DNA of 64,000 nucleotides from Candidatus Sulfomarinibacteraceae bacterium (lineage in GTDB: Bacteria > Acidobacteriota > Thermoanaerobaculia > Thermoanaerobaculales > Sulfomarinibacteraceae). The notes beneath the pieces were generated by a model. It was not told where the DNA came from, did not search any database, and saw only the letters and a program-made list of their open reading frames with translations. Numbering within the stretch: position 1 is the stretch's first letter; every line of letters begins with the position of its first letter. Location: positions 1-64,000 of the forward strand of contig CAWCLO010000001.1 of NCBI GenBank assembly GCA_963796455.1, in the 5' to 3' direction. This document shows, in pieces, positions 27,617 through 36,961 of the stretch. The translations under genes and the position numbers were made by a program.

Positions 27617-28663
27617 TTGAGCGAACTGCGCATCGCCGTCGTGGGCGTGGGCCGGATGGGTCTGACCCATGCGGAGCATCTTGTCCAACGTACTCGTGGT
27701 GCGCGGCTCGTCGCGGTGACGACGTCCAGCGCCGAGCGGGCCGAAGCCGTCCGCCGGCGCTGTGGCGCCATCCCGGTGTATGCGGGTCTCGATCAGATGA
27801 TCGAGACCGAATCACTGGATGCGGTGATCATCGCAAGCAGTACCTCAGCCCACGTGGCGAATGTCGAACAGTGTGCCGCGGCCGGTCTCCACATCCTGTG
27901 TGAAAAACCCCTCGGGCTGAGTCTCGAGGAGTGTGGGCGGGCCGTGGACGCAGTGGATTCGGCGGGCGTCAAATTGATGATGGGCCATACGCGCCGTTTT
28001 GATGCGGGCTATCTCGAAGCCAAGCAGATGATCGATCGCGGCGCCATCGGAAAGCCTTTGATCTATCGTTCGATCAGCGGCGACGTCAATCCCCCACCGG
28101 TCGAGTTCGCCGACCTCGAGGTCAGCGGAGGCCTGATCCTCGACTCCATGTACCACGATATCTACCTCGGCCGTTGGCTGATGAACGACGAGATCATCCG
28201 CGTCTGCGGCGAGGGCGACGCCCTGGTCGATGAAGGCGTGGGCTCGGTGGGCGACGTCGACAACGCGGTGGTGAGCGCACGGTTCGCTGGTGGAGCGGTG
28301 GGTACTTTGACTGCTAGCCGAACCACCCGTTACGGGCATGATCTGCGCGGCGAAGTGATCGGCGAAGAGGGTGCGGTCCAGATCGGACGTCTCCGGAAGA
28401 CTCCGCTTCGGTTGCTGGATCGATCCGGTGTGCACCACGACGCCATATTCACCACACCAGAACGCATGGGTGAAGCCTTTGTGACCATGCTGCAGTCCTT
28501 TGTCGACTGTGTGGTCGAGGACACAGAACCGCCGGTGACCAGCCGGGATGCAATCGCGACCCTGGCGGTGGCGATTGCAGCACGGCATTCGATTCAGACC
28601 GGGGTTCCGGTTCAACCTGAAAAACAACGCCACCCGGTGGTGGCGAACAGCGCCGAGAAGTAA
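27617..28663 (+). CDS. Gfo/Idh/MocA oxidoreductase (inositol-stereoisomer dehydrogenase-like)
   Basis: GVGRMG, LCEKP, GHTRRFD, SGGLILDSMYHD; TTG start with RBS. Confidence 0.82.
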   Translation: MSELRIAVVGVGRMGLTHAEHLVQRTRGARLVAVTTSSAERAEAVRRRCGAIPVYAGLDQMIETESLDAVIIASSTSAHVANVEQCAAAGLHILCEKPLGLSLEECGRAVDAVDSAGVKLMMGHTRRFDAGYLEAKQMIDRGAIGKPLIYRSISGDVNPPPVEFADLEVSGGLILDSMYHDIYLGRWLMNDEIIRVCGEGDALVDEGVGSVGDVDNAVVSARFAGGAVGTLTASRTTRYGHDLRGEVIGEEGAVQIGRLRKTPLRLLDRSGVHHDAIFTTPERMGEAFVTMLQSFVDCVVEDTEPPVTSRDAIATLAVAIAARHSIQTGVPVQPEKQRHPVVANSAEK

Positions 28664-28681
28664 AAAACCAAGGAGTATGAA

Positions 28682-29803
28682 ATGACAGATTTTCCAGAAG
28701 ATCCAAGACTATTGGCCACCGACCAGCCGGATCTGTTCTTCGAGGACAACACGGTGGGCCGGTGTAAAAAAGAAGTTTGGGACTCGAGCGACGAGGAGAT
28801 TGATGCCATCCTCGCCGAATATGGCGTGCCCGCGCCCTGCGAGTGGGGCAAGGCGGGTTCCTATATCCAGACCACGGTGCGGCACCAGGTCGAGGCCGAG
28901 CGGAAAAAGAACGACATCGTCTTCATTCCCATCGGTTGCACCGAGCTGCATGGACGCCATCTTCCGAGCGCATCGGACACGCTCTACGTGAGCCAGATTC
29001 TCGAGGGTGTCAGACGCTACACCGCAAAGCGCGGAGCTGCGTGCAGCCTCGCCCTGCCGCCGCTCAACTACGGTTCACACCCCTACCATCATATGGGTAT
29101 GCCGGGCACCGTCATCATTCGCGAAAACGTCGCCCGCGAATTCCTCATCGATGTGATGCTGGGGCTGTGGAACGACGGATTCCGCAAGCAGGTGCTCATC
29201 AACAACCACGGCCACCTGTGGATGCTCGAATCCGCCATCCAGCAGTTCCAGAAACGCTACCAGCTGCCCGGAGTCTTCCGCGTCATCGACTGGCACAGGG
29301 CAGTCAGAGAGTTCTTCCGCACCGGTCCCAAGGGCGGCAAGATGGACACCAATTTCGTCCACGCCGACGAGTCGGAAACCTCTCTCGGCCTCCTGCTCCA
29401 TCCCGATATGGTGGACATGGACTATGCGGTCGACACCGAAGGCATCGGCTATCTGCCGGACGGCCACTTCGACAAATCGGTTGATCCCTTCAGCCGGCCC
29501 AGCCGTTGGTCGGAGGGTGAAGGCCACTTCGCGATCGAGCTTCCCGCCACACCCGAAGGTGTGGTCGGCAAGGCGACCCGCGGCACCGCCGAAAAGGCAA
29601 AACGTCCAGTGGCGGCGATCCTCAAGTATCTGACGCTGCTCAACGACCAGACCCTCGAAGCCTTCCCGGCTGGAACGGTTCCTCCGGTTGAAATGGTCAC
29701 TCTGAGAACCGAGAAAGAGATGGAGCCCTTTCTGCGCGAGCCTCTGAGCGAGGGTTGGAAGCCGGTCTACCAGCTACCACAGATAGGCCAGCACATACTA
29801 TGA
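28682..29803 (+). CDS. iolN: Creatininase-family hydrolase, 3-dehydro-scyllo-inosose hydrolase-like
   Basis: PIGCTELHGRH, GSHPYHHMGMPGT, NNHGH, HADESETS; context. Confidence 0.82.
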   Translation: MTDFPEDPRLLATDQPDLFFEDNTVGRCKKEVWDSSDEEIDAILAEYGVPAPCEWGKAGSYIQTTVRHQVEAERKKNDIVFIPIGCTELHGRHLPSASDTLYVSQILEGVRRYTAKRGAACSLALPPLNYGSHPYHHMGMPGTVIIRENVAREFLIDVMLGLWNDGFRKQVLINNHGHLWMLESAIQQFQKRYQLPGVFRVIDWHRAVREFFRTGPKGGKMDTNFVHADESETSLGLLLHPDMVDMDYAVDTEGIGYLPDGHFDKSVDPFSRPSRWSEGEGHFAIELPATPEGVVGKATRGTAEKAKRPVAAILKYLTLLNDQTLEAFPAGTVPPVEMVTLRTEKEMEPFLREPLSEGWKPVYQLPQIGQHIL

Positions 29804-30612
29804 ACCTCAGCGTAGTGCTGTCGACCCACGCCGCCGCCTTTCAGGCGGTGGCATTCAAGGGCGATTTTGAAGCCAATGTCTCCAAGATCGCCGCCTGGGG
29901 TTATGACGGTGTCGAACTGGCCGTGCGGGATCCAAAACTGGTGAACGCCGGCCAGCTCGAGCGCGTTGTTGCCGAACACTCTCTAGTGGTACCCGCGATC
30001 GGCACCGGACAGGCGTGGGGCGAAGAAGGCTTGTCATTCACGAGCGATGACCCGGCGGTGCGACAGGCTGCGATCGAACGCATTTCGAGCCACGTGCCCC
30101 TGGCGGCACACCTCGATGCCATCGTTATCCTCGGTCTGATTCGCGGCATCACCCCCGACGGACAGAGCCACGAACAATCGATGATTTATCTGGTGGAGGC
30201 CATTCAACAATGTGCCGCAGCAGCCGAGGGCACCGATGTACGATTCGCCCTCGAACCAATGAATCGTTACGAGACCGATCTCATCCGTTCCGCGGCCGAG
30301 GGTCTCGATCTGATCGAGCGCGTCGGCGCGGACAATTTCGGTTTGCTCCTCGATACCTTTCACATGAATATCGAAGAAGCGGATATCGGGGAGAGCATCA
30401 GAAACTGCGGCGACCGGATCTTTCATTTCCATGTGGCCGACTCGAACCGGTGGTACCCGGGAGCCGGACATCTGGACTTCAAAGCGATCCTGGAAGAACT
30501 CGAAAAAACGGGATACACGGGCTTCGTTTCGGGCGAGTTCATGCCATTGCCCGATGCCGACACGGCGGCTGAACAGGGGATCTCCCATCTCAGAAAGATC
30601 ACCCGATCATAA
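29800..30612 (+). CDS. iolO: TIM-barrel epimerase, 5-keto-L-gluconate epimerase-like
   Basis: AFQAVAFKGD, GYDGVELAVRDP, IGTGQAW, EPMNRYE, DTFHMNIEE, HVADSNR. Confidence 0.82.
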   Translation: MNLSVVLSTHAAAFQAVAFKGDFEANVSKIAAWGYDGVELAVRDPKLVNAGQLERVVAEHSLVVPAIGTGQAWGEEGLSFTSDDPAVRQAAIERISSHVPLAAHLDAIVILGLIRGITPDGQSHEQSMIYLVEAIQQCAAAAEGTDVRFALEPMNRYETDLIRSAAEGLDLIERVGADNFGLLLDTFHMNIEEADIGESIRNCGDRIFHFHVADSNRWYPGAGHLDFKAILEELEKTGYTGFVSGEFMPLPDADTAAEQGISHLRKITRS

Positions 30613-30640
30613 GGCCATCATCAATGAACGAGGAGCAGTC

Positions 30641-32083
30641 ATGAGGTCACGTTCCACTCTCCTTCACGCGTCGATTTGCATTTTGCTGATCTGGGTTGTG
30701 TCGGCTCCCCGAGCCAGCGCGGCCGGCCGCGACGACGACGGGTATCCGCGGCTCATGCAGGGGCCGATGGTAGGTGTGGTCACGCCCAGCGAGGTCAAAA
30801 TATGGGCCCGGACCACCGGTGAGTACTCGGTCACCATCGAGTATGCAACCAATTTCGAAATGCGCTCGGCGATGACCTCAGAGCCGGTGACGGCAAAAAA
30901 GGCGGATGACTACGTGGTGGTTGCCGAGCTCGTCGACCTCGAACCGGCTACGGAGTACTTCTACAGGGTTCTGGTCAACGGCGAGGGTGACAAATACCTC
31001 AAGGAATATCCGGCTTTTCGCTTCACGACTGCGCCACCCACGGGGACCGCAACGAGCTTCCGCGTCGCTTTCGGTTCGTGCCCGAAGTTCCAGGACGATC
31101 GGGTGCAGCCGATCTGGCCTGTGATCTCGGAGTTCGATCCAGACCTCTTCTTCTGGATTGGGGACAATATCTACGGCGACACCCTCGACCCTGACATCCT
31201 TCGGGAGGAATACCGGCGACAGCGCGATATCCACGGCCTGCAGCCCCTGCTTCGCAATGTTTCGCACCTGGCGATCTGGGACGATCACGATTTCGCGCTC
31301 AACAATCACGACCGCGAAAATCCGATCAAGCACCAGGCGCTGGACGTTTTCAGGGATTATTGGCCGAACCCGGCATTCGGCTTGCCGGGCACGCCCGGAG
31401 TGTTTTTCACCTACAGTTACGGCAAGGTCGATTTCTTCTTCCTGGATGGCCGCTTCTATCGCGACCCCAACGGCGATCCTGACACTCCCCAAAAGACCAT
31501 GCTGGGCGCTGCTCAGTTCGAATGGCTGAAAGATGAGCTGTCAGCCAGCCGAGCGGTCTTCAAGGTCATCATATCCGGCAGCGGCTTTACCAAGTCAAAA
31601 GGCGAAGGTGGCGACACATGGGCGGCTTTTCTCCACGAGCGAGACCGCCTCTTCGATTTTGTTCGTGACGAGGAGATCACCGGCATCGTTCTGGCAAGCG
31701 GAGACTCGCACGTCGGCGAGATCAATGTCATCCCGTGGTCTAAAAATGGCGGATACGATTACTACGATCTCGTGAGTTCGCCGCTCGCGCAGCGCAACCC
31801 GGACAGCTGGTTGCACGGCCGGCCGGAAAAACGCATACGACCGGTCTACTTCAAGGGCAGCAGTGTCGGCGTTATCGACTTCATCTTTGACGACTCGCCG
31901 CGGCTCATGTACCGAATCATCGATATTCACGGACGCAATGTCTGGGAACCGTTCGTGGTCTATGCCGAGGAGCTCGTCAACGGTGTTGCCTCGTGGCCCG
32001 AAAAGGTCCACAGCGACTCGAGACAACGACAGGAGAACTATGACGCCGGCAAGGGCTACTACGAGATCGAACCGGAGGACTGA
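30641..32083 (+). CDS. phoD: PhoD-family alkaline phosphatase, exported
   Basis: AFGSC, WIGDNIYGD, IWDDHDF, LDGRFYRD, SGDSH; signal peptide. Confidence 0.88.
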   Translation: MRSRSTLLHASICILLIWVVSAPRASAAGRDDDGYPRLMQGPMVGVVTPSEVKIWARTTGEYSVTIEYATNFEMRSAMTSEPVTAKKADDYVVVAELVDLEPATEYFYRVLVNGEGDKYLKEYPAFRFTTAPPTGTATSFRVAFGSCPKFQDDRVQPIWPVISEFDPDLFFWIGDNIYGDTLDPDILREEYRRQRDIHGLQPLLRNVSHLAIWDDHDFALNNHDRENPIKHQALDVFRDYWPNPAFGLPGTPGVFFTYSYGKVDFFFLDGRFYRDPNGDPDTPQKTMLGAAQFEWLKDELSASRAVFKVIISGSGFTKSKGEGGDTWAAFLHERDRLFDFVRDEEITGIVLASGDSHVGEINVIPWSKNGGYDYYDLVSSPLAQRNPDSWLHGRPEKRIRPVYFKGSSVGVIDFIFDDSPRLMYRIIDIHGRNVWEPFVVYAEELVNGVASWPEKVHSDSRQRQENYDAGKGYYEIEPED

Positions 32084-33242
32084 GTGAACGCTCGACTTCT
32101 GACCGCCATCGCCCTCTTGACGATCGTTTCAGGTTTCCCGGGAGCGGTGGACCCCGGGCAGGCTGACGGAGAGCTGGTCTTCATCGTCGCCGCTGACATG
32201 CGGAACTTCGCGGCCGACGGCGAGTGGTCGAAAAACTTCTCCGGTGCCTGCGAGGCCGCGCAACGCCGTCGGAGCCGGGTCGTTCATGATCAGTCCCGGA
32301 GATCTCGATGTGGATCCCCCATCGGCCGTCCGCGACATGATCGATGCGACCATCGGAGAGGACTACCCGTGGTATCCGGTGCTCGGAAATCACGATCCCG
32401 AGTCTCCCTCGAGCATGAATTATCTTCGCGAATACAGCGCGACCGTGCCGAACATCGTCAATCACGGCCCTCCGGGTTGTGAGACAACCACCTTCTCGTT
32501 CGAGTGGGCCGATAGCCATTTCGTGGTGCTCAACCAGTACTACGACGGGGCCAGGGACTGGGGCCTCGAGGGCGATATGGTGCCGGAATTGCTCGAGTGG
32601 CTCGAGGCGGATCTGGCCGCCAATACCAAGAAACACATTTTTGTCTTCGGTCACGAACCGTTGATTCCGATGCCCGACATGGACAACGGGCGGCTGCGCC
32701 ACCAGGGTGACTCTCTGGATGAACATCCCAAGAGCGCCTTTGCCTTCCACCAGATCATGTTGAAATACGGAGTCGACGCCTATGTTTGTGGTCACACCCA
32801 CAACACCTCATACGCCAAAATCAACGGTCTGTGGCAGATCGATGCCGGCCATGCGCGAGGCCTCGAGGAGAGATCCTACGCCGATCTGATGTACGCCGCG
32901 ATCGATCGGGCGATAGCAGAAGGACGGCAAGAGGGCATCGGTGAGGCAAATTCCATCAAACAGCTCTATCGGGACGACCCCTACCACATCGACTACTGGT
33001 TCAAATACCTCGGGTTGAAGGGCAAACCGGTCACCCAGACGATGGCCCAGTTTTATGACGAGTACGGCAAGGATCCCACGGCCCGAGATCGGTGGTATGA
33101 AGCTCAGATCGAGGGCAAAGGACATTCCAGATCCTCCTTCTTCAAGGTCTTTGTGACTGCCGATGAGGTCAAGGTCGAGATCTACCGTGATGATACCCAT
33201 GGCGGGCCGTATGAGCTGCGGGAGACGATTGTCCTGAACTGA
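32084..33242 (+). pseudogene. Exported metallophosphoesterase, frameshifted at about 32260 (pseudogene or sequence error)
   Basis: Signal peptide and AADMR in one frame; SPGDLD, LGNHD, FGHEP, CGHTH in the +1 frame. Confidence 0.75.
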
Positions 33243-33244
33243 AG

Positions 33245-33338
33245 AGAAAGGGAGCACGGGGGAAAGGGAGAAAGGGAGAGGGCACCGTTGCTTGATGCTC
33301 GATGCTCGATGCTGGATGCAGGATGCTAGATGCTGGAT
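33245..33338 (+). repeat. Degenerate GAGAAAGG octamers plus GATGCTG-type heptamer array without a CACT element
   Basis: Same layout as 10349-10443 but not followed by CACT. Confidence 0.85.
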
Positions 33339-33499
33339 CCCGAGCCCGTTGCCGTTAGCGGTACCGAACGAGGGAAAGGGAGATCCTCCCGGCGCTGAAT
33401 TCGCACCCATGTAAATATCACCTCCCGATGTCATCCAGTTCGAGCTCCGGCGCCTGACCCATCCCGTTGCCAGCACGACTGAAGGCAAGCTTCGGTCCC

Positions 33500-33666
33500 T
33501 TCAAGATGTCATCCTGAGCGGAGCCCCGCAGGGGGCGTAGTCGAAGGATCTATGAGACGGACCGCAACGACCTCGAGCCGCAGAACCTGCCCTGAGCGAG
33601 CAGCGCGAGTCGAACGGGTCCTTCGACTGCGCGCCGAAGGCGCTTCGCTCAGGATGACATCTTGAA
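33500..33666. repeat. Palindromic element with perfect 21-bp terminal IR (TGTCATCCTGAGCG type)
   Basis: TTCAAGATGTCATCCTGAGCG at 33500-33520, reverse complement at 33646-33666; inner AGTCGAAGGA/TCCTTCGACT. Confidence 0.9.
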
Positions 33667-33872
33667 CGACCGTACCGTTCCCGTTGCCGAATGGGTCGGA
33701 CAGTACCCAAGATGGCAGAGGGGCACGGGGGCGGAGGGGCAGAGGACCGCTCGGCATCCTCGCTATCGCTATCGCTATCGGAATCGCTATCGAGCGGCTG
33801 CTGTGGATACCGTTCCTGAAAGGGAGAAAGGGAGAACCGTACCGGAAACGTCGTTCGTGATAAGGGCAGAGT

Positions 33873-34000
33873 CTCCTCTGCTCCTCTGCTCCTCTGCTCC
33901 TCTGCTCCTCTGCTCCTCTGCTCCTCTGCTCCTCTGCTCCTCTGCTCCTCTGCTCCTCTGCTCCTCTGCTCCTCTGCTCCTCTGCTCCTCTGCTCCTCTG
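33873..34000 (+). repeat. Perfect tandem array (CTCCTCTG)16
   Basis: 128 bp, 16 identical units. Confidence 0.97.
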
Positions 34001-34062
34001 CCCTCGTTCGGAATCGGGATCGGGAACGGAATCCCTTGACACCGTTTGACGTTGTCTTCCAC

Positions 34063-36261
34063 GTGAATCACCGACCCGCCGCAATTGCTGCGATCGCCCT
34101 CCTTGGAGCCCTCATGACCCACGCCTCATCGACTGATACACCGCCCACCGAAAAAAACCGGCTCGCCGCATCCAAAAGCCCCTACCTGCTCCAGCACGCC
34201 GACAACCCGGTCGACTGGTATCCCTGGGGCCCTGAGGCTTTTGCAAAGGCGGTGGAGGAGGACAAACCGATCTTCCTTTCCATCGGCTATGCAACCTGTC
34301 ACTGGTGCCACGTGATGGCCCATGAGAGTTTCGAAGACCCCGAGGTGGCGGCGCTGATGAACGAAGCGTTTATCAACATCAAGGTCGACCGCGAAGAACG
34401 ACCCGATATCGACCAGGTCTATATGACGGTTTGCCAGATGATGACCGGCGGCGGCGGCTGGCCCTTGACCATCATCATGACCCCCGACAAAAAACCTTTT
34501 TATGCCGGCACCTACCTCCCCCGCGAAAGCCGCTACGGCCGGATCGGCATGATGGATCTGGTGCCACGGGTCGTCGATATCTGGAACTCCGATCGCGACA
34601 AAGTGATCGGAACCACCCAGCAGATCCTCGCCGGGCTCGAGAAAATGGAGTCGCAGTCCGCCGGAGGCGCCCTCGACCCGGCCATCATCGACAAAGCGTT
34701 TCAACAACTCGGCGGACGATTCGACAGCGCCCACGGCGGTTTCGGCACGGCGCCCAAGTTCCCCTCCCCCCACAATCTGATCTTTCTGACCCGCTACTGG
34801 CGCTCGACCGGGAATCAACTGGCCATCGACATGGTGGAACAGACTCTCGAACAGATGCGGATCGGGGGGATCTATGACCAGATCGGTTTCGGCTTCCACC
34901 GCTACTCCACCGACGCCGAGTGGCTCGTGCCCCATTTCGAGAAGATGCTCTACGACCAGGCGATGCTGGTTTCGGCGTATACCGAGGCCTGGCTCGCCAC
35001 CGGCAATCCGGTCTTCGAACGCACGGTTCGAGAAATCTCCACCTATGTGTTGCGCGACATGACATCCCCGGAGAGTGGTTTCTATTCGGCAGAGGATGCC
35101 GACAGCGAGGGTGAGGAGGGTCTCTTCTACCTCTGGACCACCGCCGAGGTCGAAGAGATCCTCGGCGCGGAAGACGCGGCCTTCGCCGACAAGGTGTGGC
35201 AGCTGACACGGGAGGGCAACTATACCGACGAGGTCAAAGGCGAAAAGACCGGAAGGAACATCCCCCACTTGAACACGAGTCATCTCGACCAGGCCCGGCA
35301 GATGAAACTCGACCTGGATGCCTTCGACCAACGTCTCGAAAAGATCCGAGCCAAACTCTTCGATGCCCGGGAAAAACGGATCCATCCGCTCAAGGACGAC
35401 AAGATCCTGGCCGATTGGAACGGATTGATGGCATCGGCCCTCGCGGTCGCCGGCCGGGCGTTTTCAGAGCCCGAATGGATCGCCGCCGCCGGCCGGGCGA
35501 CGGATTTCGTCCTCGAGACCATGCGATCGGAGGACGGCCGCCTGCTCCACCGCTATCGCGACGGAGACGCCTCGATTCCGGCCTTCCTCGATGACCATGT
35601 CTTCATGACGACCGCAATGCTCGACCTTTACGACGCCACCTTCGATGCGCGATACCTCGAACGGGCCATCCAACTGCAGCACGAGACGATCGTCCTCTTC
35701 GGCGACGACCTCCGAGGCGGATTCTTCTTTACCTCCATCGACAACGAGGAGCTGTTGGTACGACAAAAAGAGATCTACGACGGCGCCATCCCGTCGGGTA
35801 ACTCGATGGCCGCCGACAACTTCGTCCGCCTGGCTCGAATCACCGGATCGACGGACTTTCAAAAGGTCGCCGACAGGACGATCGGTGCCTTCGCCGCCGA
35901 GGCATCGCGCATGCCGTCGGCTCACAGCAACCTGGTGGCGGCGATCCAACGCGAAAAGAATCCATCACTCGAAGTCGTGATCGCCGGCGAGACCGATGCC
36001 GCCGACACCAAGGTCCTGCTCGATGTGGTGCGAGCCGGCTACCGACCGCAGACTGCCGTCCTCGTGGTCGCTCCCGGTAAGAATGGAGATGGGATCCGCC
36101 GCCTCGCGCCCTTTACTGAGAGTTATGAACAGATCGACGGTCAAGCTACGGCCTATGTCTGCCAGAATTTTGAGTGCAAGCTGCCGACGACGGATCCCGG
36201 GAAGCTCAGCGAGTTGCTCGCCGAAGCGACATCAAGTCCCAAACAACCAGAAGATCGCTGA
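34063..36261 (+). CDS. Thioredoxin-domain protein, YyaL/SPATA20 (DUF255) family
   Basis: [43 protein letters not shown]; start uncertain. Confidence 0.92.
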   Translation: MNHRPAAIAAIALLGALMTHASSTDTPPTEKNRLAASKSPYLLQHADNPVDWYPWGPEAFAKAVEEDKPIFLSIGYATCHWCHVMAHESFEDPEVAALMNEAFINIKVDREERPDIDQVYMTVCQMMTGGGGWPLTIIMTPDKKPFYAGTYLPRESRYGRIGMMDLVPRVVDIWNSDRDKVIGTTQQILAGLEKMESQSAGGALDPAIIDKAFQQLGGRFDSAHGGFGTAPKFPSPHNLIFLTRYWRSTGNQLAIDMVEQTLEQMRIGGIYDQIGFGFHRYSTDAEWLVPHFEKMLYDQAMLVSAYTEAWLATGNPVFERTVREISTYVLRDMTSPESGFYSAEDADSEGEEGLFYLWTTAEVEEILGAEDAAFADKVWQLTREGNYTDEVKGEKTGRNIPHLNTSHLDQARQMKLDLDAFDQRLEKIRAKLFDAREKRIHPLKDDKILADWNGLMASALAVAGRAFSEPEWIAAAGRATDFVLETMRSEDGRLLHRYRDGDASIPAFLDDHVFMTTAMLDLYDATFDARYLERAIQLQHETIVLFGDDLRGGFFFTSIDNEELLVRQKEIYDGAIPSGNSMAADNFVRLARITGSTDFQKVADRTIGAFAAEASRMPSAHSNLVAAIQREKNPSLEVVIAGETDAADTKVLLDVVRAGYRPQTAVLVVAPGKNGDGIRRLAPFTESYEQIDGQATAYVCQNFECKLPTTDPGKLSELLAEATSSPKQPEDR

Positions 36262-36283
36262 TACTGGATACTGGATGCTGGAT

Positions 36284-36849
36284 CACTCTTGTCCAAGACA
36301 GAGTCTCGGATAGCGTTCAGGAACGGACCTGAAGGTGGGCCTTGGCCTAACTTCAGAGTTGTGCCCCGCTGGCTGCATCACCCAGCCCAGGCGGGAAGTA
36401 TCGGACAGCGATCAGGGGCAGCGGCAGCGAACAGTCGCCAGCGCCAGTGTTCAGTCATCAGCGTCAGCGATCAGCGGCCGGGACAGTGCACAGCACTCAT
36501 TTCTTCGGTAATCCGGCCTTGGTGGTGCGGCCGTCTCGGCCGCACGGTGGGTAGGCGAGACGCCGACACCACAGCGGCTGTTCCTTCTGTTGAACGACCC
36601 GGAGGTGATCACGCCGTCACTGCACCTGATTGCTGCACCTGATCTCTGCCTCTGATCGCTGATCCCTGTCGCTGCCCCTGTTCGCTGTTGCCTGTCGCTG
36701 ACGCTGGACACTGTCGCTGCCGCTGCAATTCGGACGCGGACGCGGACACGGGCACGGGCAACCGCGAACCGGAATTGCCAAGAACCAACCCGTAAACCAC
36801 GTGTTTATCAGTGGGGAAACTCCATGACGATCTTTTTTGGACAGCAGTG
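36284..36849 (-). mobile_element. CACT...AGTG TIR element, gene-less derivative containing a REP-like doublet
   Basis: Same termini, AT flanks and heptamer context as 10444-10899. Confidence 0.8.
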
Positions 36850-36961
36850 ATGCTGGATGCTGGACTACCGCTGTCCAAATACAATTCGTCATGAGGGATC
36901 CAGGATCTAGCATCCAGTATCCAGCATCCTCTTTCCGCGGGAGCCTGTAACATAGCCCCCG

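Noticed and set aside
33873..34000. CRISPR array
   Set aside because: 8-bp units with no spacers; no repeat-spacer array or cas operon anywhere in the window
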